A stretch of DNA of 63,947 nt, the filler included, from Licmophora abbreviata (taxonomy: Eukaryota), in NCBI GenBank assembly GCA_900291995.1. It is 20 parts of 20 records of this genome, joined end to end, with 100 filler letters (N's around TTAATTAATTAA, not from the genome) between each part and the next. Parts side by side here need not be neighbours in the genome. Positions count along the whole stretch, not along the records: positions 51,953 to 61,406 come from OLMU01001877.1; positions 61,507 to 63,947 come from OLMU01001878.1; 18 more parts are not named here. The stretch is one strand, 5' to 3'. Of the stretch, positions 52,382-63,349 are shown one piece after another. The position numbers and the translations under genes were made by a program. Each line of letters starts with the position of its first letter. Position 1 is the first letter of the stretch. The notes under the pieces were generated by a model. That model was not told the DNA's origin and made no database searches. It saw only the letters and a program-made list of their open reading frames with translations.

Positions 52382-54280
52382 ATGGGCATAACGGAATTGC
52401 GTCAGCTTGCGACCCCGAGTGAGGAGCAAGCGGATGCTCCGGACTCGATCGGTGCTCAGCTGGTGCGACAGGGTGCAATCTCGCGCACGGATATCGTGCT
52501 GGCCGGGATGGTTCGGGCGCATTGTGATGCCTCGATCGACGATATCCTGAAGGCCGAAGGCCTCATCGACGAGGACGTTTTGCTGGCGGCCCACGCTGCA
52601 AGGCTCAAAACGCGCACTGTCGATCGTGAAGCTGTAGCCGCCCTGGCCTCGCGTCCGGGCGATCTCCCGCCGGGACTGATGCTGCGCCAGGCGCTGCTTC
52701 CCGTGAGCGACCGTGACGGGATGCCAGCCCTTGTCACCCATGCGCCCGGACCCGCGCAGCAAGCGGATGGCGCACGAATCCTGATTGCCCCACGCACCCT
52801 TATCCAGGATGAAATTGCCGCGCGACACCGGACGGCCCTGACCCATTCCGCACAGACGCGTGTTTCCGCCGAAGAAAGCTGCCGCACATGGGGGAATGCC
52901 TTTCATCGCAGGATTGCCGTGACCATCGCGCTGATCGCCATGCTGGCGACGCTGACGGTAATCTTTCCTTCTGCCATGTTTGCGATCGTCGCCCTTTGGG
53001 CTTCCGCGACTCTGGCGATGTCCATTTTGCTAAAGCTGGCCGCGTTTCTGACCAGTCTGTCCTCGGAAATTCCGTCAATCTGCCCCGACAGGCTCCGCGA
53101 TGCGGGGCAGCCTTTGCCCAAAGTCTCGATCATCGTGCCGTTGTTTCGCGAAACCGAGATTGCCCATCACCTGATTGCGCGGTTGCAGCGGCTGACCTAT
53201 CCGAAATGCCTGCTCGATGTAATCCTTGTGCTCGAGGAAGAAGATGCGTTGACCCGCAGGACATTGGCGCAGATCGACCTGCCGCCATGGATGCGGGCAG
53301 TGGTCGTACCGGATGGGCAGCCGCGCACCAAACCCCGCGCGATGAACTATGCGCTGGATTTCTGTGCCGGTGACATCATCGGCATTTTCGACGCCGAAGA
53401 TGCGCCTGATCCGGATCAGATCACCGTCATTGCGCGCCGTTTTCAGCATGTCCCTGAGGATGTCGTTTGCCTGCAAGGGGTGCTGGACTACTACAATCCT
53501 CGGCAAAACTGGCTGGCGCGGTGCTTTACCATCGAATACGCCACATGGTTCCGCGTGATGCTGCCGGGTATGGCCAAACTCGGCTTTGCAATTCCGCTTG
53601 GCGGGACCACGCTCTATTTCCGCCGCGATGCGTTGGAACGTCTGGGCGGGTGGGATGCCCATAACGTGACCGAAGATGCAGATCTGGGCTTTCGTCTAGC
53701 GCGTCACGGCATGAGGACGGAAATGGTGGCCACGGTCACCGCAGAAGAGGCCAATTGCCGTGCCTGGCCCTGGATCAAGCAAAGGTCACGCTGGCTCAAG
53801 GGATATATGACCACCTATCTGGTGCATATGCGTCGGCCTGTGCTGCTTTACAGGCAGTTGGGGCCATGGAAATTCCTGGGCTTTCATGCGCATTTCATGG
53901 TCGCTTTGTCCCAGTTGCTTCTGGCTCCGATCCTGTGGTCCTTCTGGCTTGTTTTGCTGGGTTTGCCGCACCCGCTCGATCCCATGGTGAGCAGATCCGT
54001 TCTGAATGTGGTTGGCAGTCTGTTCCTCACTGCCGAGATACTCTCGATCGTGATCCATGCAGCGGGGGTCAACAGGCACGGGCACAGGCACCTTCTACCG
54101 TGGGTGCCCACGATGCATGTCTATGCGCCTCTCGGGGCAGTAGCGGCTTACAAGGCGCTCTACGAGTTGGTGGTCAACCCGTTTTTCTGGGAGAAGACAA
54201 CGCATGGCGTGTCGTTGCCGGTCACGCCCGCGCAGGGATCGCGCGAGGGGGTGTCAGACGATCGCGCCGACTTCCCCTGA
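52382..54280 (+). CDS. Processive GT2 glycosyltransferase with N-terminal MshEN-like region
   Basis: VSIIVPL, TKPRAMN, FDAED, TEDADLG, QRSRW, flanking TM helices; N-terminal IGAQLVRQGAIS and IDDILKAEGLID repeats. Confidence 0.88.
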   Translation: MGITELRQLATPSEEQADAPDSIGAQLVRQGAISRTDIVLAGMVRAHCDASIDDILKAEGLIDEDVLLAAHAARLKTRTVDREAVAALASRPGDLPPGLMLRQALLPVSDRDGMPALVTHAPGPAQQADGARILIAPRTLIQDEIAARHRTALTHSAQTRVSAEESCRTWGNAFHRRIAVTIALIAMLATLTVIFPSAMFAIVALWASATLAMSILLKLAAFLTSLSSEIPSICPDRLRDAGQPLPKVSIIVPLFRETEIAHHLIARLQRLTYPKCLLDVILVLEEEDALTRRTLAQIDLPPWMRAVVVPDGQPRTKPRAMNYALDFCAGDIIGIFDAEDAPDPDQITVIARRFQHVPEDVVCLQGVLDYYNPRQNWLARCFTIEYATWFRVMLPGMAKLGFAIPLGGTTLYFRRDALERLGGWDAHNVTEDADLGFRLARHGMRTEMVATVTAEEANCRAWPWIKQRSRWLKGYMTTYLVHMRRPVLLYRQLGPWKFLGFHAHFMVALSQLLLAPILWSFWLVLLGLPHPLDPMVSRSVLNVVGSLFLTAEILSIVIHAAGVNRHGHRHLLPWVPTMHVYAPLGAVAAYKALYELVVNPFFWEKTTHGVSLPVTPAQGSREGVSDDRADFP

Positions 54281-54898
54281 GTCGAGTTTCAGACGAGTGA
54301 CGAAAGCCTTGGAAATATGAGCTTTCAGGGCGTCTCCCGCGCCTTTTGTGTCCCGCGCTTCGATCGCGCTGACGATGGCGTCATGTTCCTTCAGCGCATC
54401 CGCGGGTCTGCCAAGTGCCGCCAGCGAGGTCGTCGCCATGAGCGCCATCGACCTGTGCACGAGGTCAAGTTGCTGCACGAGAAAGCGGTTATGCGACGAC
54501 AGGTGAATCTGCTTGTGGAAACGACGGTTCGCGCGCGCCATCGCCTGCGGATCGTTCAACAGCTTCCGGTCTTCCTCGACCATATCGCGCAGCACGCGCA
54601 CCTCTTCATCGGTGGCATGGCGCGCGGCAAGGTTCGCCGCCAGCCCCTCAAGCTCGGCACGCACGACATAAAGTTCGGCCAGTTGGTTGTGATCCAGCGA
54701 TGCCACGATCAGGCTGCGGCCGTCGCGGGTCAGCAGAGATTGCGTCTCGAGTCGTTGGAGCGCCTCGCGGATCGGCGTGCGAGACACCCCGAAGCGTTCG
54801 GCAAGATCGCTTTCGACAAGCCGGTCTCCGGGTTTGTAGATGCCCATGTCGATGGCTTCCAGAATAAGCGTATAGGCGTCTTTTTGGGGCGCTTTCAT
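54254..54898 (-). CDS. GntR family regulator (FCD domain)
   Basis: PGDRLVESDLAERFGVSRTPIREAL, NRRFH, EHDAIV. Confidence 0.93.
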   Translation of the reverse strand: MKAPQKDAYTLILEAIDMGIYKPGDRLVESDLAERFGVSRTPIREALQRLETQSLLTRDGRSLIVASLDHNQLAELYVVRAELEGLAANLAARHATDEEVRVLRDMVEEDRKLLNDPQAMARANRRFHKQIHLSSHNRFLVQQLDLVHRSMALMATTSLAALGRPADALKEHDAIVSAIEARDTKGAGDALKAHISKAFVTRLKLDSGEVGAIV

Positions 54899-55011
54899 GA
54901 ACGTAACCTGTCCCTGTTGTATCTTGTTATTCTGACAGTAATCGCCGGTTGTGCGCACAATCAAGTCTCCTGCGATTGCACCCTTTGTCGCGGCGTCCTA
55001 GAACCTTGGTC

Positions 55012-55656
55012 ATGACGAGGCAGAATTTCACGCATATCGAGACTTGGGTCTTCGATCTGGACAATACGCTCTACGCGCCCGAGGTTCGTCTTTTCGACCA
55101 GATTGAGCAGCGCATGACGCAGTTCGTGATGACGGCGCTTGGGGTCGATCGGGCCGAAGCCGACCGCCTTCGCGGAAAATACTGGCATGAACATGGCACC
55201 ACGCTGGCCGGTCTGATGCGCGAGCATGGCATCGATCCCGATCCCTATCTGATTGATGTGCATGATATTTCCTTCGATGCGCTGGAACCTGACGCCGAGT
55301 TGCGTGCCCGCATAGCCGCGCTTCCGGGGCGGCGCATCGTCTATACCAATGGCAGCGCGCCCTATGCTGAACGCGTGATTGAGCGGCGGGGCCTGTCGGG
55401 GGTGTTCGATGCGGTCTATGGCGTGGAACATGCGGGCTATCGGCCCAAGCCCGACCGCGAAGCCTTTGATGCGGTTTTTGCGCGCGATGGCCTGACGCCT
55501 GCGCGCGCCGCGATGTTCGAAGATGAGCCGCGCAATCTTGCCCAGCCTCACGCCATGGGCATGCGCACCGTCCACGTCGCGCCGCGCCAGCATCCCGCCG
55601 ATCATATCCACCACCATACAGCCGATCTGAGTGGCTTCCTCTCCGGCCTCGTCTGA
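55012..55656 (+). CDS. Pyrimidine 5'-nucleotidase (HAD family)
   Basis: WVFDLDNTLY, HGTTLAGL, YTNG, PKP, MFED..RNL. Confidence 0.9.
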   Translation: MTRQNFTHIETWVFDLDNTLYAPEVRLFDQIEQRMTQFVMTALGVDRAEADRLRGKYWHEHGTTLAGLMREHGIDPDPYLIDVHDISFDALEPDAELRARIAALPGRRIVYTNGSAPYAERVIERRGLSGVFDAVYGVEHAGYRPKPDREAFDAVFARDGLTPARAAMFEDEPRNLAQPHAMGMRTVHVAPRQHPADHIHHHTADLSGFLSGLV

Positions 55657-55741
55657 CAGCGGTTCTGCGGCGATATGTGCCTTTGCACTTCGGGCCGAGG
55701 TCATATCTTACGTGGGCAAACAGATAAAGGAACCTTCATCC

Positions 55742-55954
55742 ATGGCACTTGCCCAGACCGACAGCGACATTGCCCATGTCACGGACCGCGATCCTGATGA
55801 GGCGGCGGCCATTCCGATTCTTCTGGCCGTTCTTGGCCTTCTGGCGGCATGGGGCGTCAGCATTGCGCTTTGGGGCATTCCGGGGCTTTATATCCCCGCC
55901 TTGGCGATGGTTCCGGTGATCTGGGTGGCGCTGCTCGTGATCTCGCGCGGCTGA
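55742..55954 (+). CDS. Small 2-TM hypothetical protein
   Basis: RBS AAGGA, 70 aa, two hydrophobic helices around WGIPGL. Confidence 0.65.
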   Translation: MALAQTDSDIAHVTDRDPDEAAAIPILLAVLGLLAAWGVSIALWGIPGLYIPALAMVPVIWVALLVISRG

Positions 55955-56001
55955 TCCGGGGTCCGGGCGCGCGTCAGGCTTTGCCAGGAAAGGACCATGA
56001 G

Positions 56002-57204
56002 ATGAGCACTGCAGAGTATGACATCCTTGTATCTGGCGGGGGCGTGGCTGGTCTCACGGCGGCGGCGGTGTTCGGCACCGCGGGATTTTCGGTGCTTTGC
56101 GTCGATCCCGCACCGCCCATAACCGCGCGTGACGCGGCGGGGTCGGACTTGCGCACCACGGCCTTTCTTCAACCGGCTCGGCAATTGCTGGATCGGGCCG
56201 GTCTTTGGGACAGGTTGGCGCCCCATGCCGCGAGCCTGCAGATAATGCGCATCGTGGATGCGGGCGGCAAACAGGCCAAGCCACGCATCACCAAGGAATT
56301 CGATGCCGCCGATATCTCGGACCAGCCATTCGGCTGGAACCTGCCCAACTGGCTTTTGCGTCGCGAAATGGTGGCGCATCTCGACAGTCTCGACAGCGTC
56401 GAGTTTCGCCCAGGTGTTGGCGTGGCCTCGCTTGTGACCCGCGAAACGCAGGCCCATGTCGGGCTGAGCGATTCGACGAAATTGCGCTGCCGTCTGGTGA
56501 TCGCGGCCGATGGGCGCAACTCTCCGGTGCGCGAGGCGGCGGGCGTGCCGGTCAAGACGACGCGATATGGGCAAAAGGCGCTGGCCTTTGCGGTCACCCA
56601 TGCGATCCCTCACGAAAACGTTTCGACCGAGATCCACCGCTCGGGCGGGCCGTTCACCCTTGTGCCGCTGCCGGATCACGAGGGGCGGCCCTCGTCGGCG
56701 ATCGTCTGGATGAAAGATGGCCCCGAGGCTCTGCGCCTTGCGGATTTGCCCGTTCCTGAGTTCGAAGCGGCGATGAATGAGCGCTCTTGCCTTCTTTTCG
56801 GTCCTCTGACGCTGGTTTCGCGGCGCACGGTCTGGCCGATCATCAGTCAGCTTGCGGAGCGCATGTCCGCCGAACGCGTGGCTCTTGTGGCCGAGGCCGC
56901 CCATGTCGTGCCGCCCATCGGCGCGCAGGGTCTGAACATGAGCCTCGGTGACATGCGTGTGCTGCTGGAGCTGGCCGAAGCCGCGCCGGAGCGGCTTGGC
57001 GATGCGGCGATGCTCGACACCTATCACCGTCGCCGCCATCTCGAGGTTACGGCACGGGTGACCGGGATCGATCTGCTAAACCGGGCCTCAATGATGCACG
57101 CGCAGCCTCTGCGTGATGCGCGCGCCATGACGCTCAATGCGATCTATTCACTGGCGCCGGTGCGCAAGACCCTGATGCAACTAGGCCTCGGCGCACGTGG
57201 TTGA
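56002..57204 (+). CDS. UbiH/UbiF family FAD-dependent hydroxylase
   Basis: SGGGVAG, DLRTTA, AADGRNS.VR, AEAAHVVPPIGAQGLN. Confidence 0.9.
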   Translation: MSTAEYDILVSGGGVAGLTAAAVFGTAGFSVLCVDPAPPITARDAAGSDLRTTAFLQPARQLLDRAGLWDRLAPHAASLQIMRIVDAGGKQAKPRITKEFDAADISDQPFGWNLPNWLLRREMVAHLDSLDSVEFRPGVGVASLVTRETQAHVGLSDSTKLRCRLVIAADGRNSPVREAAGVPVKTTRYGQKALAFAVTHAIPHENVSTEIHRSGGPFTLVPLPDHEGRPSSAIVWMKDGPEALRLADLPVPEFEAAMNERSCLLFGPLTLVSRRTVWPIISQLAERMSAERVALVAEAAHVVPPIGAQGLNMSLGDMRVLLELAEAAPERLGDAAMLDTYHRRRHLEVTARVTGIDLLNRASMMHAQPLRDARAMTLNAIYSLAPVRKTLMQLGLGARG

Positions 57205-57240
57205 GGCCACGCGGCAGGCGGTGACGCCTGACAAGCCGCC

Positions 57241-58368
57241 CTACAGCACCTTGTCGATGACCGTCTTGAGCCGCGCCAGAGACCCCGGCACATCATAGAG
57301 CTTGTCCAGACCGAACAGCCCCAGCCGAAAGGTCCGGAACCCCTCGGGCTCGTTGCATTGCAGCGGCACGCCCGCGGCGATCTGCATCCCTTCAGCGGCA
57401 AACTTGCTGCCGTTCTGAATGGCGGGGTCATCGGTATAGCTGACCACCACGCCCGGCGCGCCATAGCCCGGCGCCGCAACCGATGTGACGCCCTTCTCGG
57501 CCAGAATGGCGCGCACGCCGTTCCCCAGAGCCCATTGCGCCTCGCACAGCTTGTCAAAGCCATAGTCGCGCGTTTCGATCATCGTGTCGCGGAACGCGCG
57601 TAGCGCATCGGTCGGCATCGTCGCATGATAGGCATGACCGCCGGTTTCATAGGTTTTCATGATGTCCCGCCATTTTTTCAGGTCGATGGCGAAGCTGTTC
57701 GAAACGGTCTTGTCCAGTCGATCAACCGCGCGTTGCGACATCATCACCAACCCTGCCGAAGGCGAGGCCGACCAACCCTTTTGTGGCGCCGAGATCAGCA
57801 CATCCACCCCAGTCGCCTGCATGTCGACCCAGGCACAGCCCGAGGCGATGCAATCCAGCACCATCAGCGCGCCCACCTCATGTGCGGCATCGGCCAATGC
57901 CGTGATGTAATCCTCGGGCAGGATAAGCCCCGCGGATGTCTCGACATGCGGTGCGAAGACCACGTCCGGCCGCGCCTCGCGGATCTTGGCGGTCACCTCG
58001 TCGATCGGGGCAGGGGCAAACGGCGCGGTCGGGCCGTTGCCCGTTTGGCGCGCCATGCAGACCGTTGTTTCCGACGTGAATTTCCCGGCATCGAAAATCT
58101 GGCTCCAGCGGAAGGAAAACCAGCCGTTGCGCACGACGAGGGCATGGGCGTCCGTGCCGAACTGGCGTGCGACGGCTTCCATCGCATAGGTGCCGCCACC
58201 GGGCACCAGCGCCACGGCATCGGCCTTGTACACGTCTTTCAGCATCTCCGAGATGTCGCGCATCACCTGCTGAAAGCTCTGGCTCATGTGATTGAGTGAC
58301 CGGTCGGTAAACACCACCGAGTATTCGAGCAATCCATCAGGGTCTACGGTATCCAGAAGGGCGGTCAT
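57241..58368 (-). CDS. Class V PLP-dependent aminotransferase
   Basis: EYSVVFTDRSLNHMS, HVETS, DCIASG, SAPQKG. Confidence 0.9.
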   Translation of the reverse strand: MTALLDTVDPDGLLEYSVVFTDRSLNHMSQSFQQVMRDISEMLKDVYKADAVALVPGGGTYAMEAVARQFGTDAHALVVRNGWFSFRWSQIFDAGKFTSETTVCMARQTGNGPTAPFAPAPIDEVTAKIREARPDVVFAPHVETSAGLILPEDYITALADAAHEVGALMVLDCIASGCAWVDMQATGVDVLISAPQKGWSASPSAGLVMMSQRAVDRLDKTVSNSFAIDLKKWRDIMKTYETGGHAYHATMPTDALRAFRDTMIETRDYGFDKLCEAQWALGNGVRAILAEKGVTSVAAPGYGAPGVVVSYTDDPAIQNGSKFAAEGMQIAAGVPLQCNEPEGFRTFRLGLFGLDKLYDVPGSLARLKTVIDKVL

Positions 58369-58516
58369 GCGGGGTCTCCTATCAGAATTGGCCCAAGTGC
58401 TAGCTTGATGTGAAAGCAAAGGCAAAGTCTACTTGGGAATACCGACGTAACGGGCCCCATTTGCGCAGCACTCCACCGCATCCGCAAACAGGGCCTTTGG
58501 AGACCAGCGCCAAGCG

Positions 58517-58864
58517 CTACAGAATATCCAGAGCCTCGACCCAGAGATAGCGTCCGATCAGCCCACGGTCGACTTCGACCCGCAGTCGCACACGGTCGTT
58601 GGGTCCGATCGGGCGACCCGCAAACACGGTTTGAGGAATTTCCACGCGAATCTCGTTCATGCCATCTGTGAACCGATAGTAATCCTCGCGCAGATGGTGG
58701 GTGATATACCCTTCCAGCGTCATATAAGCGCCGATACGCGCGTCCAGGGCATCCTGTACGCTCGACTGTGCGCCCTGTTCGCTGGGGCCGGTAAACTGTG
58801 CAAGTGCGGGGCTTGCGGCGAATGCGAGGGCGGACATGATGAAGAAGTCGCGTCTTGTGGTCAT
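58517..58864 (-). CDS. Periplasmic OB-fold (BOF/YgiW-like) protein
   Basis: TRRDFF Tat-like signal, QFTGP, LEGYI..DYYRFTDG..IRVEI, EVDR. Confidence 0.8.
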   Translation of the reverse strand: MTTRRDFFIMSALAFAASPALAQFTGPSEQGAQSSVQDALDARIGAYMTLEGYITHHLREDYYRFTDGMNEIRVEIPQTVFAGRPIGPNDRVRLRVEVDRGLIGRYLWVEALDIL

Positions 58865-58966
58865 CGGCTTTTCCCTGTGTGGCCATACGGTTCAGATGTT
58901 TGGTCTGGCCGTGATTTGGGAAGGCCCGGTGCGCATGCAATAATGCGGTCCAAAATGTCGCGGTCG

Positions 58967-59425
58967 TCACCCGATAGGGCCGGGGCGGCGCTCTTCGCTG
59001 AGCAGCACGTTGGCCTCGACATTGCCGACCCCCGGCAGTGTCATCAGACGCCGGCGCAAGACACGTTCAAAATCCGAGATGTCGCGGGCCACGACCCGCA
59101 GGCGATAATCGTATAGCCCCAGGATATGCTCGACCGTCTGCACTTCGGGAATGGCCGAGACCGCGCGCTCGAAATCCTCAAGGCTGACGCGCCCCTTGGT
59201 GGCCAGTTTGATCCCCAGGAACACCGTCACGCCGAAGCCCAGTTTCTCGTTGTCCAGATCGAGACGCTGTCCCTTGATCACACCCGCTTCGCGCAGGCGT
59301 TTGATGCGCCGCCAGGTGGCAGGCTGCGACAGACCCAGCTTGCGCCCCAGAACGCTGGTCGCCTGCGTGGCGTCCCGGCTGAGTTCCCGGAGGATCAGAC
59401 GGTCGGTGGTGTCGAGATCGGTCAC
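58967..59425 (-). CDS. Lrp/AsnC family regulator
   Basis: LDTTDRLIL, GLSQPATWRRIKRL, YDYRLRV. Confidence 0.92.
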   Translation of the reverse strand: MTDLDTTDRLILRELSRDATQATSVLGRKLGLSQPATWRRIKRLREAGVIKGQRLDLDNEKLGFGVTVFLGIKLATKGRVSLEDFERAVSAIPEVQTVEHILGLYDYRLRVVARDISDFERVLRRRLMTLPGVGNVEANVLLSEERRPGPIG

Positions 59426-59877
59426 AGAGGCAGCACCTCGTCGGATTTGATCCGCGCCACATGCATCAGCGCTTCGATATCGGCGATATGGGGCAGGGTA
59501 AGGATGCTGCTGCGATACACCTGTTGATATTGCGCCATATTCCGCGCAATCACCGAAAGACGCACATCCACGCGACCAAGAAAGGTCTGGATTTCAACGA
59601 CATCGGGCACCTGTCGTGCAGCTTCCATGAACTCGTCAAAGGCGCGCGGTTGCGTCTTGTCGAGCGTGATGCGAAGCGACACCTCCACCGCATAGCCAAG
59701 CGCGCGCCAATCGATCACCGCATGATTGCCGCGTATGATCCCGGATTTGTACAGTTTCTCAAGCCTGCGCGCACAGGTTGCCGGCGTGAGCCCGGCCAGC
59801 TCGGCCAATTCGGCCGGTCCTAGCGTGGCGTCATGCTGGTAATGGCGCAAAAGACGTCTGTCGGTGTCGTCGAGCAT
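59422..59877 (-). CDS. Lrp/AsnC family regulator
   Basis: LDDTDRRLL, TPATCARRLEKL; GTGA overlap with the downstream paralogue. Confidence 0.9.
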   Translation of the reverse strand: MLDDTDRRLLRHYQHDATLGPAELAELAGLTPATCARRLEKLYKSGIIRGNHAVIDWRALGYAVEVSLRITLDKTQPRAFDEFMEAARQVPDVVEIQTFLGRVDVRLSVIARNMAQYQQVYRSSILTLPHIADIEALMHVARIKSDEVLPL

Positions 59878-59910
59878 GGAATTGTCACATAATGGATATT
59901 GGGCGAATAG

Positions 59911-61032
<1,122 letters not shown>

Positions 61033-61058
61033 TTATCAGGGCTTTGGGAGACAAAGTT

Positions 61059-61082
61059 GATCCGGCCCCGTGGGGCCGGATC
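61059..61082. terminator. Hairpin between convergent genes
   Basis: GATCCGGCCCC-GT-GGGGCCGGATC perfect 11-bp stem. Confidence 0.6.
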
Positions 61083-61090
61083 GCATCGGA

Positions 61091-61252
61091 TCACGGTGCC
61101 TTGCGGTGTGGATCGCCGTCTTTTGCCAAGGCGCTTTTGGGAATGCTTTCGGTGTGACGCCGCTTTTCGGTTTGTCGTTTGCTGCGCAAGGCAACAAAGC
61201 CGATGATTGCCATTGTGATCAGAGCAAGACCGGGTATCAGATAGATGTTCAT
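61091..61252 (-). CDS. Small protein (53 aa) with N-terminal TM helix
   Basis: RBS AAGGAG, MNIYLIPGLALITMAIIGFVAL, basic tail, KSALAKDG. Confidence 0.6.
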   Translation of the reverse strand: MNIYLIPGLALITMAIIGFVALRSKRQTEKRRHTESIPKSALAKDGDPHRKAP

Positions 61253-61362
61253 GGATCGCTCCTTTCGTTGCTTTCCACCCAAATACCTGTGGCCTTATCG
61301 CATGACGTGAAGTGGGACGTCCTGTCACGGGGTGCAGATCGGCACGCAAAATACTGATAAAC

Positions 61363-62183
61363 ATGACAAAAAATCCAGACATTACGGCGCAAAGCTGGCT
61401 CATGGTNNNNNNNNNNNNNNNNNNNNNNNNNNNNNNNNNNNNNNNNNNNNTTAATTAATTAANNNNNNNNNNNNNNNNNNNNNNNNNNNNNNNNNNNNNN
61501 NNNNNNCCCTGTCATCGGCGGTGCCCTTCATGTTGTTGAGTTGGGGGCAGCAATTCGTGACATCCGGGTTTGCCGGGGTGTCCATGGCGGCGGTGGCGCT
61601 GCTGGTTTTGCCCTTGGCGCATTTTCTGGTGCCGGGCGAGCGTTTGAACCTGCGCAAGATTGCGGGGTTCGTGATCGGATTTGTCGGTGTTGTTATCCTG
61701 ATAGGCGGTCAAGCATTTGAAACGACTGGGGAATATCTGGAGCCGTTTGGCCGTGCCGCCTGTGTCGCGGCGGCGGCGTGCTATGCGCTGAGTTCGGTGC
61801 AGATGCGGCTTTTGCCCACAGTGGATCCGATCGGATTGAATGCCGTGACCCTGTTGATCGGGGCGGTGATCGTCATCAGTGCTGCATGGGCGGTCGAAGG
61901 GCCGCCACCCGCGACGGACCGTAACACGTTGTATGTGCTCATTTTTCTGGGCATGGTTCCCACGGCGGGGGCCAGTCTTCTGCGGGTTTTGGTGATCCGC
62001 ACCGCCGGACCGGTCTTCATGAGCCTTGTGAATTACCAGGTTCCGGTCTGGTCGGTTGTGCTGGGGGCTTTGATCCTGGCCGAGCCGCTGCCGCCGAGCT
62101 TGCTGACAGCGCTTATCCTGATCCTTTGCGGCGTCGGATTGAGCCAGATCGGCGCGTTGAAGCGGCTGTTCGGGCGTGGCTGA
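61363..62183 (+). CDS. DMT/EamA family transporter, split by linker 61407-61506
   Basis: PFMLLSWGQQFVTSG, GFVIGFVGV, VNYQVP, LAEP; many TM helices. Confidence 0.88.
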
Positions 62184-62301
62184 GGATTGTACGACTTGTA
62201 CAAATCCTACACGGGTTTGGGACTGAATTCACAGGTTTGGCCGGAATTTGTGTACACAACTCGCAATTTCGGGGTTTATCCACAGACCGCCGCCGCATTG
62301 G

Positions 62302-63312
62302 TCAGGGGATCTGACCCAAGGTCGATGCCTGCCACAGGCGGAGCGCCTCGTGGGTTTCGCGCACGTCATGGACACGCAATATCTGCGCCCCTTGCGCCAC
62401 CCCGGCGAGCGCCACGGCGATCGATCCGGGTGCGCGGTGACGCGCCTCGTCCGAGCCGCCGATGGTGCCTATGAAGCGCTTGCGCGACGCACCGAGCAGG
62501 ATCGGATAGCCCAGACCATGAAACAGCGACAGGGTCTGCAGCAGGATCAGATTGTGCTCGAGCGTCTTGCCGAAGCCGATGCCGGGATCGACAATGATCT
62601 GCGCGCGGGGGATGCCGAGGGCGGTCAACGCTTCGATGCGGCCCGACAGGTAGTCGTAGATGTCGAGCGCCACATGATCGTAGCGCGGGTCTTTCTGCAT
62701 GATCTCGGGCGTGCCTTGGGCGTGCATGACGCAGACCGGCAGACCGGCTTCGGCGGCGAAGGGGGCGAGATCGGGATCGAAAGTGAAGCCCGCCACATCA
62801 TTGATGAGATCGGCGCCGGCGTCGCGGGCGGCACGGGCGACGGGGGCTTTGCGGGTGTCGATGGAAATGGGCACCGGGTGCCGCGCGCGGATCGCGGCGA
62901 TGATAGGGGCGGTGCGGCGGATTTCCTCGTCCAGCGGAATTTCGGTGGACCCTGGGCGGGTTGACTCGCCGCCCACGTCGACGATGGCTGCGCCGCCGTC
63001 GATCATGCGGTCGGTATGGGCCAGCGCGTCGGCGGGATCGAAATGCAACCCGCCATCGGAAAAGCTGTCGGGAGTGACGTTGAGGATGCCCATGAGCTGC
63101 GGTGTCGACAGGTCGAGACCGGCGATGGGCGCGCGTGGAGCGGTGAGGCGGGTCAGAACCTCGGGGGGAAGATCGGTTGCGGGGATCAGGCGCGCAGGCG
63201 CGTCGCGGTGCAGTTCCTCGACCGTGTCGAACCAGAGCCAGCCCCCCGCAAGGGGCAGGGCGTCAGCGGTGCGGATGTGATCGAACCGGGGGATCGGGCG
63301 GTAATAGGGCAT
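62302..63312 (-). CDS. folP: Dihydropteroate synthase
   Basis: MGILNVTPDSFSDGG, GGESTRPG, DPGIGFGK, GASRK, RVHDV. Confidence 0.97.
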   Translation of the reverse strand: MPYYRPIPRFDHIRTADALPLAGGWLWFDTVEELHRDAPARLIPATDLPPEVLTRLTAPRAPIAGLDLSTPQLMGILNVTPDSFSDGGLHFDPADALAHTDRMIDGGAAIVDVGGESTRPGSTEIPLDEEIRRTAPIIAAIRARHPVPISIDTRKAPVARAARDAGADLINDVAGFTFDPDLAPFAAEAGLPVCVMHAQGTPEIMQKDPRYDHVALDIYDYLSGRIEALTALGIPRAQIIVDPGIGFGKTLEHNLILLQTLSLFHGLGYPILLGASRKRFIGTIGGSDEARHRAPGSIAVALAGVAQGAQILRVHDVRETHEALRLWQASTLGQIP

Positions 63313-63349
63313 GGGGGCGACCTTGGATCGGGGCGATGCGGCGTGCGCG

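Noticed and set aside
54254..54280. 27-nt convergent overlap of the GT2 and GntR genes
   Set aside because: Short 3' overlaps are common in high-GC genomes; no sign of function.
62276..62284. Perfect DnaA box TTATCCACA
   Set aside because: Single box between convergent genes, no cluster or origin-type neighbours; insufficient for oriC.
63100..63312. N-terminal extension of FolP
   Set aside because: As far as I recall, common in alphaproteobacterial FolP; nothing distinctive visible.
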